A stretch of DNA of 64,000 nt from Candidatus Eiseniibacteriota bacterium. Lineage in GTDB: Bacteria > Eisenbacteria > RBG-16-71-46. Every line of letters starts with the position of its first letter. Within the stretch, counting starts at the first letter, position 1. Positions 31,205-40,086 of the stretch are shown in pieces. The stretch is taken from contig OY970342.1 in NCBI GenBank assembly GCA_963717505.1, positions 640,001 to 704,000 on the forward strand. Reading direction: 5' to 3'. A program made the position numbers and the translations under genes. Under the pieces are notes generated by a model. It saw only the letters and a program-made list of their open reading frames with translations, ran no database searches and was not told the DNA's origin.

Positions 31205-32614
31205 CTACCCCCCGCCAACCTCCGGCACCTGCGCCGGGCCGTGCACTTCCTTCCCCAACCCGGTCTTCCACGTGCCGCGCATTGCCCAGCCGACGATCAG
31301 CAGCGCGCGCAGCACGCAGGTCACGGTGACCAGCCACGCGATGCCCACGACGCCCGAGTCGCCCCACTTGGGAACGATGAACGCCAGCGGAATGCGGATC
31401 AGCGAGAAGGTCGTGTAGATCACCGAGATCGCGAGAGTATGCCCCGAGCCGATGATGCACTCGGCGGTGACGATTTCGACACCGACCGTCACCAGGCACA
31501 ACGCCATCACCCGCAGGTAGGGAACACCCAGACGGATGACCTCGGGGTCGCGCGAGAACAGCCCGAGGAAGAACTCCGGGACGGCCATGAACAGGGCGGT
31601 TACCGCGAGCGAGATCCACAAGTTCCAGAGGTTGCCGGTCAGGATGACCTGCACCGCGCGGTCGGGCCGCCCGGCGCCGAGATTCTGGCCGACCAGCGCC
31701 GCACCGCCGACGCCGAAGGCGATCGAAGCGATGAACTGGAGCGCCTCGATACGGTTGACGATGCCGACCACCGCCATCGCCGCCGGGCCGTATTCCGCGG
31801 CCGCCCGCGAGAAGCTCATGTAGACGACCGAGAACAGTATGCCGATCAGAGCGCCCGGCACGCCGACGCGGGCGAAACCGAGGAAGCGGATGCGCGGGCC
31901 CGGCGCGCGGCGCGCGAACGGCAGCGCCGGAGTGCCGCGCGCGGCCAGCGTCAGGAAGATGCCGAGCATCACCGACTGCGCGATCACGGTCGCCCAGGCC
32001 GCGCCGGCGATGCCCATCGCCGGGATCGGACCCCAGCCGTAGATCAGCAACGGGTCGAGCACGGCGTTGAGCGACACAGCGAACAGATCCACGAGCAATG
32101 GCGTTCGCGTGTCCCCCGCGGCGCGCATGATCGTCTCGCAGGTGAACGAGGCCATGAGGATCGGCGAGCCGGCGAGCACGATCGACAGGTACTGGCCACC
32201 GAGTTCGACGACCTGAGCGTCGCCGCCGAGCCACCCGTAGATCGGACGCGCGAAGAACAGGCCGGCGACCGTGCCGATCAGTCCCATGAGTACTGCGACC
32301 CGCAGTCCCAGCCAGGCTGCGAGCCCCGCGCGCCGGCGATCGCCGGCGCCGAGCAACTGGCTCACATAGGCCGAGACGCCGAGCCCGAAAACGTCGTGGA
32401 GCGAGATGACCAGCCACATCACGAACACCGACGTGGTCACGGCGGCGGTGGCTTCGACCCCGAGCCCGCGCACCCACAGCGCGTCGACCCACTGGTAGGC
32501 GGTGCGCAGCAGGAACGAGAAGAAGATCGGGATCGCGAGGCGCAGGAGTTCTGGGCCGATCGGCCCGGTGACGCCGCGGGGCGGATCGGCAGTTCGCGGT
32601 GTGGCGTCGGTCAA
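31205..32614 (-). CDS. MATE family efflux transporter
   Basis: TTG start overlapping the upstream TGA; RLAIP, GDTRTPL, NAVLDPLLI, GIAGAAWAT, GQNLGA. Confidence 0.9.
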   Translation of the reverse strand: MTDATPRTADPPRGVTGPIGPELLRLAIPIFFSFLLRTAYQWVDALWVRGLGVEATAAVTTSVFVMWLVISLHDVFGLGVSAYVSQLLGAGDRRRAGLAAWLGLRVAVLMGLIGTVAGLFFARPIYGWLGGDAQVVELGGQYLSIVLAGSPILMASFTCETIMRAAGDTRTPLLVDLFAVSLNAVLDPLLIYGWGPIPAMGIAGAAWATVIAQSVMLGIFLTLAARGTPALPFARRAPGPRIRFLGFARVGVPGALIGILFSVVYMSFSRAAAEYGPAAMAVVGIVNRIEALQFIASIAFGVGGAALVGQNLGAGRPDRAVQVILTGNLWNLWISLAVTALFMAVPEFFLGLFSRDPEVIRLGVPYLRVMALCLVTVGVEIVTAECIIGSGHTLAISVIYTTFSLIRIPLAFIVPKWGDSGVVGIAWLVTVTCVLRALLIVGWAMRGTWKTGLGKEVHGPAQVPEVGGG

Positions 32615-33240
32615 CGCTTGAATCCGGGCTCGTCCGACGGCGTCGGCAGCGCCGGCCAGGGCGGCCGATCCATGGCTCCGCCCTCGATGCCCCACGGCTC
32701 GCGATCCGAAGGCAGGGGTTCCATCAGGGACTCGGGCGGCTCCGGAGGCTCGATCCCGCGCTCGACCAGACTCAAGTGGAGCCGCGAGATCACGCGCTCG
32801 AGATCGAGAACGCGTCCGGTCAGCTCGTGGATGCGCAACGCGAACGAGCGCACCATGGCCGCGGCGAACTCGGGGTGCTCCTGCACGGCGTCCCACACGT
32901 CCCCTTGCAGCACGTTGAGCACGTGGGAATGCTCGACCGCGATGAGGGAATACTGGTGAGGCTCACCTTCGCGCAGCCAGAGTTCGCCGAACGCCATCCC
33001 GGCGCGCATGACCCGAACCACCGCCTTGCCGCGTCGCACCTGGATCAATCCATCGACCACCAGGAACGCACCGCGGTCGAGGTCGCCCTCTCGCGCCAGT
33101 TCGTCACCGATTTCACAGTGGATTTCGCGCGCGCGCGCGGCGAGGCCCGCCAGGGCTTCGGTCGGGATGTTCGAGAAGACCGGAATGCTCTTCATGAACG
33201 CGGTCTTTTCGATCAGGGTCAGAGTTTCTTCGGAGATCAG
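32611..33240 (-). CDS. Cyclic-nucleotide-binding domain protein
   Basis: LTLIEKTAFMKSIPVFS, REGD, FGEL. Probable CTG start at 33240 (CTGA overlap, GGAGG upstream). Confidence 0.82.
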   Translation of the reverse strand: MISEETLTLIEKTAFMKSIPVFSNIPTEALAGLAARAREIHCEIGDELAREGDLDRGAFLVVDGLIQVRRGKAVVRVMRAGMAFGELWLREGEPHQYSLIAVEHSHVLNVLQGDVWDAVQEHPEFAAAMVRSFALRIHELTGRVLDLERVISRLHLSLVERGIEPPEPPESLMEPLPSDREPWGIEGGAMDRPPWPALPTPSDEPGFKR

Positions 33241-35954
33241 GCACCTCCCGCGAGCGCGGCGCGCGCCCACAGCGCGGTCTCGCGCACGTAGGGTTCGCGC
33301 GCGCCGAGGTTGCGATCGACCTGTGCAGCCAGCTCGCGATCGCGCTGCGATCCGGCGACGTACAGCGCGCAGGTCCGGAGCCAGGGGTCGTCGCCTTCGA
33401 TCAGCGCCGCGAGCGAATCGCGCGGGCTCAGGAAGTGGAAGCCGTGCCGGTGGGCCGCCAGGCGCATCCGGGCATCGTCACCTGATTCGTCGACCAGCGG
33501 CAACACCAGCGCGGCATGGTCGGGCGCGATCGCGTTTTCGACATATTCGAGAGCATGGCCCCGGGCGCGCGGATCCAGGCTGATGACGCCGCGATAGGTG
33601 GCCAGGATTTCGTCCTGGCGGTAGAGCAGCCCGAGTCGCCGGAAGACACGGTTGATCGCCTGGTCCATCCGTTCGTTTAGAACAATGCAGAGCAGCCTTT
33701 CGGCGCTCCGACTCCCACCGATCGGACAGCTGCGATAGTTCACCAATGCGAACAGGTAGCTGCGCGCATCCCACGCCATGTCTTCGGTGACCTGATCGCG
33801 CGGGAAGCGGACCGCCCGGTTGCCCTCGCGGATCCGATTCAGGCCCTTGAGCACGCGATAGCCGAGCCGAACGTCGCCGCGCTCCCGAAAGCGCAAGAGC
33901 GCCTGGGCGGCCTGTTCGCTGCCGATGTCGGCGAGCACCCGCGGCAAGGCGCGCCGGATCTCGAGATCGACGCTCGCGTCCGTGAGGTAGTCGCCGAGGG
34001 TTCCCGCGATGCGATCACCGAACGCGGCCAGCCCGGCGCGCGCCGCTTCGCGCGTGCTGCCGTCGGCGAGCATCTCGATCATGCGGGGCACCAGGACTCG
34101 GCGTCCGTGGCGGCCCGCGCTGCGCAATGCTTCCCGGCGAACCTTCGGCGACGGATCACCGACCAGCGCGCTCTCGAGGTCGTCGAAGCCGTCGTCCGAC
34201 GCCCGGTGTCCGATCGCCTTGGCGATCGAGGCCCGCTCCTCGACGTCCCCCTCATGGAGCCTGCGCTCGACGATCGACCGCACCAGCGCCACCTCGACCG
34301 GACCCGCGACCTCGATCATGCAGGCGAGCGCGCTCCGTCGGATTCGCGGATCCGGACTCTCGAGGTAGGGCCGGGCACTCTCGACCATCGAACCGCCCTG
34401 GAGCAGGCAATGAGTCCGCAGGGCGGCGATGCGAACCTCGGCGTCGTCGTCGGCGAGCAGACGCTCGACCGCCTCCCGCACCTCGGGAGGGGAATCTGAC
34501 CGCACGAACGCGAGCGCCCGGGCGCGCACCTCGGCGGCAGAATGAGCCAGGAGTTCCGGCATGTAGCGATCCAGCTCCTCCGGAGCATTGTCCGCCAGCA
34601 TTTCGATCCCATGCAGAACGACGCGCTCGTGGGGGCTCGCCAGCAGGCGACCCATCTCGTCGAGAATCTTGGCTTCGCGCAGCGATACCGTCGTAGCGTG
34701 TGGATCGAGGGTCATGCGGCGCAGATTGCGCCCCAGCTCACGGGCGTAGCCGCGCCGAACACCAACCCACGCCGTCACCCAGACGGCCACCAACACCACC
34801 ACCAGACCGGCGATGGTGCGCGTGTCGGTGCCCATCATGGCGCCGGAGACGATGATCAAGGCGCCGGCCAGAGCGTCGCCCAGACGCTGGAGCCCGACGT
34901 CGATTCGCGAGCGCACGGCGCGCCGGATCTCGGGAGCGAGCGGAAAGTAGAACAAGTCGGTCGCCGATCGGTTCAGGGAATTCCGCAACACCTGATCCCA
35001 CAATCGCGCGGTCACCGAGGTCACGAATCCCGGGAACGCCAGGATCGCAGCCGCGCCGAGACCCAGACCCGCCGGCAGGATCGCGGCCGACCACGTGGCT
35101 CCGATTCGGCCCAGGGACCAACGGGTGACGAACAGCTGCAGGATGAGTGCTGCGAGATTGGTGGCGGTGTGGAACAGGCCGAGGAATTCCGCGAGCGCAG
35201 TCGAGGTCACCAGCCGGCGTTGAATCTCGACCTTGAACTGGAATTCGACCAGGGTCGTGACCAGCACCGAACACAGAGCAGCGATCGCGAGCCAACGCAC
35301 GTAGGACAGCCGCAATGGATTCGGCGTCGGTCCGGTCAGCGGCGCGTCGACATGCTGGACTTCGGCGCGACGCGTGGCGATCCGCAAATGGAGCGCCCCG
35401 CCGGCGAGCAACAGGCCGGCCAGCGCGATCAGCGCCGGAATGCCCAGGGTGGCGGTCACCGGCACCGCCACCAGGCCGGCGACCAGTCCGCCCATGATTC
35501 CGCAGGCGCCGACGAACGCGAACGAGCGTTTGGCCTCGCGCGGGTGCGACAGCGCCTGGGCTGCGATCCAGAATTGCGACAGCAGGATCAGCCCGTAAAC
35601 GTTGACCCAGACGTAGAACACGACCAGCGGCCAAGTCGCTCCGAAACCCCCGACTAGGCTGAACGCGGCCAGCGAGCCAGCTGCGATCCACATGGCGATT
35701 TCGAGCGGCCGCCACGCGGTCAGCGAGCGGGTGCCGCGTTCGAAGGCGATCGCGACGAACGAGGTCACTACGCCGACGCCGAGATAGACGAAGGGCAATA
35801 CGGTGGCGGGCAGATTCGCCAGAAACAGCGCGTCGCGCGCGGTCTTGGCCAGGGTGTACGAGGCCAGGAGCGCGAATAGAAGACCCCCGAGGGTCAGGGC
35901 GCGGCGGGCTTCCTCGGGCTCGAGGCGAAGCAGTCGTGCGACGAGAGGGATCAT
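33237..35954 (-). CDS. Npt1/Npt2 (TLC, NTT) nucleotide-transporter domain fused to HEAT repeats
   Basis: SYTLAKTARDALFL, FYVWVN...SQFW, REAKR, about 12 TM helices; then HEAT repeats (EVRARAL, EVRIAAL, KVRREAL). Confidence 0.85.
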   Translation of the reverse strand: MIPLVARLLRLEPEEARRALTLGGLLFALLASYTLAKTARDALFLANLPATVLPFVYLGVGVVTSFVAIAFERGTRSLTAWRPLEIAMWIAAGSLAAFSLVGGFGATWPLVVFYVWVNVYGLILLSQFWIAAQALSHPREAKRSFAFVGACGIMGGLVAGLVAVPVTATLGIPALIALAGLLLAGGALHLRIATRRAEVQHVDAPLTGPTPNPLRLSYVRWLAIAALCSVLVTTLVEFQFKVEIQRRLVTSTALAEFLGLFHTATNLAALILQLFVTRWSLGRIGATWSAAILPAGLGLGAAAILAFPGFVTSVTARLWDQVLRNSLNRSATDLFYFPLAPEIRRAVRSRIDVGLQRLGDALAGALIIVSGAMMGTDTRTIAGLVVVLVAVWVTAWVGVRRGYARELGRNLRRMTLDPHATTVSLREAKILDEMGRLLASPHERVVLHGIEMLADNAPEELDRYMPELLAHSAAEVRARALAFVRSDSPPEVREAVERLLADDDAEVRIAALRTHCLLQGGSMVESARPYLESPDPRIRRSALACMIEVAGPVEVALVRSIVERRLHEGDVEERASIAKAIGHRASDDGFDDLESALVGDPSPKVRREALRSAGRHGRRVLVPRMIEMLADGSTREAARAGLAAFGDRIAGTLGDYLTDASVDLEIRRALPRVLADIGSEQAAQALLRFRERGDVRLGYRVLKGLNRIREGNRAVRFPRDQVTEDMAWDARSYLFALVNYRSCPIGGSRSAERLLCIVLNERMDQAINRVFRRLGLLYRQDEILATYRGVISLDPRARGHALEYVENAIAPDHAALVLPLVDESGDDARMRLAAHRHGFHFLSPRDSLAALIEGDDPWLRTCALYVAGSQRDRELAAQVDRNLGAREPYVRETALWARAALAGGA

Positions 35955-36032
35955 CGTGACTCCGAGAGGTCCCGGAGCCTAGCACAGGCACGTTTGACCG
36001 GCCGGCGGAACGCATGAATAGTCCCGGGTCTC

Positions 36033-37433
36033 ATGCGCTCCCTCGCGCAGTGTCTCTTGGTGATGCTGGTTCTGTCGTGTGCGGTCGCGCGTCCCATCGC
36101 CGCCCAGCCGTCTGCCGACTCTGCGGCGGCCGCGGCCCGATCGTCGCTGGCGCCGACCAGCGCGCCTCCCTGGAATCCACCTGCGGCGGTTCCCCGCTGG
36201 GAACCCTGGGAAGCTGCACTCCAGTTCCCCGGTCGCGTCGTGTCGCTCCCTTTGAGCGGGCTCGGCTGGATGGGCGAGCAGACCCTGGGGTACCTCGAAG
36301 AGTCGCAGCTGGTCGGGAAGGCCCTCGGGTTCCTCGCGGTCACGCAGTTGTACGGCGCCTACGTCGCGCCCGCCTCCCTGGGCGATCGCACGGGCACCGG
36401 CCTCGAGCTGCGCTGGATTCCGCCCTTTCTCAAGGACCGCGTGCTCCTGGAGCTGAGCGGCAGCACACGCCAGTACAACCGCGAGCGCGTGGCCGTGAAT
36501 TGGGGGCCGCTGCGGGCGATCTACGGATCGGAATGGCGATCGCGCGACCTGTTCTACGGCACCGGGATCGACGCTTCGATCGACGGCAAGTCGGCCTACG
36601 CGCTGCGCACACAGTCGATTCGGGTGGCGCTGGTTCACCCACACCACATCGCCAACGATGCGCTTCGAGTCGCCGAGGTCGCGGCGGTCTATCCCAGTCT
36701 GCTGCCGCCGAAGCATCCGATCCGGACCCAGTTCGCGGTGTGGGCCGGACCCCGATATGAATTCATGACCGATGGCCGCGACGCCAAGCTCGAATCGTTC
36801 GAAGTGCTGCATCCGGCGGTGGCCGCCGGGACTCTGCGGCAGGCGGTCGAGCACTTCACCTGGGGCGGCCGCATGCTGTTCGACCGCCGCGTCGGCTCTC
36901 CGCATTGGACTCACGGCTGGAGGCTGCGGCTCGATGGCCAACGCTTCGACCGTTCGATCGAGGCACTCGCGCTCAAGAACAACAGCACGAATGCGAAGCC
37001 CTTCACCCAATTGTCGGCTCAGGCGGAGATCGGAACGTCATGGGGACGCGATCCGCGCACGGTGCGACTCTTGGCCCGGATCATGGATCAGACCCTCGAC
37101 GACGGCGGGGGAACGTACTTGTTCTCCGACCTGCCGTGGCTCGGGGGGAGCGATTACCTGCGGGGCTACGAAACCGGCCGCTTCCGCGACATCGACATGG
37201 TCGCCGGCCGGGCCTCGTACATCTTCCCGATCGGCAAGAGCCTCGAGTTCGACCTCCATGCCGATGTCGGCGGCGTCTTCCCCGAGATGGAGGCCGCCCG
37301 CATGGACCGTCTCGTGAACTCCTACGGCACGGTGCTGCGCGTCCGCGGGGACCGATCGCTGATCGGAAACGTCGGTTTCGAATGGAGTCGAGAACAGACC
37401 CGATTCCGCTTCGGATTTGGAGCCGAGCAATGA
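36033..37433 (+). CDS. Omp85 (BamA/TamA surface-antigen) family outer-membrane barrel, no obvious POTRA domains
   Basis: Signal peptide; LGGSDYLRGYETGRFRD (Omp85 loop-6 RGY motif); terminal strand FRFGFG. Confidence 0.78.
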   Translation: MRSLAQCLLVMLVLSCAVARPIAAQPSADSAAAAARSSLAPTSAPPWNPPAAVPRWEPWEAALQFPGRVVSLPLSGLGWMGEQTLGYLEESQLVGKALGFLAVTQLYGAYVAPASLGDRTGTGLELRWIPPFLKDRVLLELSGSTRQYNRERVAVNWGPLRAIYGSEWRSRDLFYGTGIDASIDGKSAYALRTQSIRVALVHPHHIANDALRVAEVAAVYPSLLPPKHPIRTQFAVWAGPRYEFMTDGRDAKLESFEVLHPAVAAGTLRQAVEHFTWGGRMLFDRRVGSPHWTHGWRLRLDGQRFDRSIEALALKNNSTNAKPFTQLSAQAEIGTSWGRDPRTVRLLARIMDQTLDDGGGTYLFSDLPWLGGSDYLRGYETGRFRDIDMVAGRASYIFPIGKSLEFDLHADVGGVFPEMEAARMDRLVNSYGTVLRVRGDRSLIGNVGFEWSREQTRFRFGFGAEQ

Positions 37434-38800
37434 GGCGGCGCATCGCAGGCCTGGTGATCGCGGTGGGCGCGACCATGGTATTGGCGGCGCCCCAGGCTTC
37501 CGGCCAGACCGCCGACAGCACGCACGCCGCACCCCAACCACCCGCGCCGCACGGCATCTCGTACGGCTACGACGCGCTCGAACAGAGCGTCATCCGTCCG
37601 ATGGCGAGGTTCCTCGATCTCGGCTTGCTGGCTCGCCGGCTGGGGGCGGGTCGCCGCGAGGCGGCCAATGTCGACGAGAGCGACCAGGTGCGCCTGCCGA
37701 CCACCTGGTGGACGCCGAGGGTCGGACACCAGACGGTGAGCGTCGAGGACATGCTGCTCGGGCCGGGAGCGGGCACGGGACCGGCGCCCGGTCCGTGGAC
37801 TCTGGTGCGCGCCAAGACCGAGGGCGTCTCCAAAGGCTTCCAGATCAAGGATGCGAAGGGCGCGCGCTTTGCGATCAAGTTCGATCCGCCCCACCACCCG
37901 GAACTGGGGACCTCTGCCGACGTGGTTTGCGCTCGGCTCTACTGGGCTGCGGGCTACAACGTGCCCGACAACACGATCGCGTTCTTCCGGCGCGAGGACC
38001 TGAAGATCGCCGAAGGCGCCACGTACGAGGTCCTCGGAATCAAGCACACGATCGACGAAATGTTCCTCACGAAGTTGCTCCTGGACGTGCCGAAGATGCC
38101 CGACGGCAGCTATCGGGTGGTTGCGAGCCGATACCTCTCCGGTAAGCCGCTCAGCGAATGGCGCTACGACGGCCGGCGCAAGGACGACCCCGAAGATCTG
38201 ATCCCACACGAGCATCGTCGCGAGGTCCGCGGGCTGTGGCTGATCCACGCCTGGCTCAACAACACCGACGGCAGCGCCCGCAACACGCTCGACATGTGGG
38301 TCACCGAAGGCGGGCGCTCGTTCGTCCGCCACCACGTCATCGACTTCAGCGGCTGCCTCGGTTCGGCTTCGATCGCGGCGCAGTCGCCGAGCGGCGGACA
38401 CGAATACCTGCTCGACTACGGGGCTTCGGCGCGTGCATTGGCCACGCTCGGCTTGGTTCCGGCGGGGTGGGAACACGCCGAGGATTCCGGCATTCCAAGC
38501 GTCGGATTCATCGAGTCCGAGTACTTCGAGCCCGGCGGCTGGAAACCATTCCTGCCGAATCCCGCGTTCGACGTGGCCACCGACCGCGATGCGCGCTGGG
38601 GCGCCCGGATCGTTGCCGGATTCTCGGACGAGCACATTCGCGCCGCGGTCGAGATGGGCAGGTACTCCGACCCGCGTGCGGCCGAGTACCTGACCCGCAT
38701 CCTGATCGAGCGTCGCGACAAGATCGCCGCGCGTTGGCTGACACCCGAGGAGGCCGTGGCGGCCCGAGCGGCGTCGGCAGGCGGCAATGGCGCGCGCTGA
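37430..38800 (+). CDS. Secreted atypical protein-kinase-like (HipA/CotH/PI3-4K-type fold) protein
   Basis: ATGA overlap; signal peptide; KTEGVSKG, FAIKFD, WLNNTDGSARN, VIDFSGCLG in kinase order. Confidence 0.62.
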   Translation: MRRRIAGLVIAVGATMVLAAPQASGQTADSTHAAPQPPAPHGISYGYDALEQSVIRPMARFLDLGLLARRLGAGRREAANVDESDQVRLPTTWWTPRVGHQTVSVEDMLLGPGAGTGPAPGPWTLVRAKTEGVSKGFQIKDAKGARFAIKFDPPHHPELGTSADVVCARLYWAAGYNVPDNTIAFFRREDLKIAEGATYEVLGIKHTIDEMFLTKLLLDVPKMPDGSYRVVASRYLSGKPLSEWRYDGRRKDDPEDLIPHEHRREVRGLWLIHAWLNNTDGSARNTLDMWVTEGGRSFVRHHVIDFSGCLGSASIAAQSPSGGHEYLLDYGASARALATLGLVPAGWEHAEDSGIPSVGFIESEYFEPGGWKPFLPNPAFDVATDRDARWGARIVAGFSDEHIRAAVEMGRYSDPRAAEYLTRILIERRDKIAARWLTPEEAVAARAASAGGNGAR

Positions 38801-40031
38801 CCGCGCGCGCCGCGCCGCGCCGCTGATCGCCCTGTCTCTGCTGGCTCTCGGCTGCGCACCGGTCGGCGCCTACAAGGGCATCGTTCCGGTTCCCGGGGCG
38901 CCGCAGCCGACCGGCGGCCTGCCCGGCGGCCCGGACTCGACGGTGGTGCTGGTCTATGGCGACAGCCGCCCGGGGCAAATGGTGCTGTCCCGTTCCTATG
39001 GAGCTTCGGTGGTCCGCTCGTCGCTGCGCTCGCGCAACCCCGGAGAATGGGTGCGCGGGCTGATCCACGTGCCGATCGCATTCCTCCAGCTCGTGTTTCC
39101 GACCCTCGACGGCGTGCGCGACATCTGGTCCACGTTCGGCTCCAAGCGCTACACCGGCGGCAATCAATTGGGCGTGCTACGCGCAATCTCGGCCGAGGTC
39201 GACGCCGAACTGATCGTGCACACCGGCGACATCGTCGAAGACGGCCGGCGGGGCGGACAGTGGAACGACTTCGTGCGGCTGTACGCGCCGCTACGCGAGT
39301 CGGTGAACTTCATCGCCACCCCGGGGAATCACGAGCGGACCTGGCACCCGGAGGCTCAGAAGAACTGGGAACGGGTGATGGGCGCCAGCAGCGGACCGGG
39401 GCGATTGTGGCACGTCGTCGACATTGGGCGTGCGCGCTTCGTTCTACTGGATTCCAACCCACTCACCGACGTTCGCGACCGATACCCCTCCGATATCGAG
39501 GAGGCTTTGTCCGAGGCGGAGTTGGCGTGGGCGGATTCGGTGCTCGCCGCTCCCTTCGCCTACAAGTTCGTGGTGCTGCACCACCCGCTGGCGACCTCCG
39601 GTCACTACCTCGAGGATTGGACGATGGATGACGCGCGCGGCCGCGCGAGTCGGCGCGGTCGACTGATCGAGATGTGCCACCGCCACGGCGTCACCGCCGT
39701 GCTGGTCGGCCACGAGCACCTGTACGAGCGCACGTGGATCACCGATCGCGAGGGCCGGCGGGGTTTCTGGCACGTGACGACCGGGGGCGGCGGCTCGCCG
39801 CTCAATCGCGTCCCCGACGAACGGCGCCGCAAGGCGTTGGCGCAGACCCTGCCCGATGGCTCGCGCATCACGTTTCCCGCGGAGCCCGAAGCGGTGTATC
39901 ACTTCTGCCGCATGGTGGTGCCCGGTGGCGACGTCTCGGATTCGCCGCCGGTTCTGGTTCGGGTCTACCGGGTGGAAGGCAATCACACGACCAACATGAT
40001 CGATTCGTTCGACCTGGCCCGAACGCCATGA
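38787..40031 (+). CDS. Calcineurin-like metallophosphoesterase lipoprotein
   Basis: Lipobox ALGC; YGDSR, HTGDIV, GNHE, LHHP, GHEH, TGGGG. Confidence 0.9.
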   Translation: MARADRARRAAPLIALSLLALGCAPVGAYKGIVPVPGAPQPTGGLPGGPDSTVVLVYGDSRPGQMVLSRSYGASVVRSSLRSRNPGEWVRGLIHVPIAFLQLVFPTLDGVRDIWSTFGSKRYTGGNQLGVLRAISAEVDAELIVHTGDIVEDGRRGGQWNDFVRLYAPLRESVNFIATPGNHERTWHPEAQKNWERVMGASSGPGRLWHVVDIGRARFVLLDSNPLTDVRDRYPSDIEEALSEAELAWADSVLAAPFAYKFVVLHHPLATSGHYLEDWTMDDARGRASRRGRLIEMCHRHGVTAVLVGHEHLYERTWITDREGRRGFWHVTTGGGGSPLNRVPDERRRKALAQTLPDGSRITFPAEPEAVYHFCRMVVPGGDVSDSPPVLVRVYRVEGNHTTNMIDSFDLARTP

Positions 40032-40086
40032 CGATCGGCTGCCTAAGAACGCCGACCGCCCACGCCGCTCACCCCAGCCACCGCCC

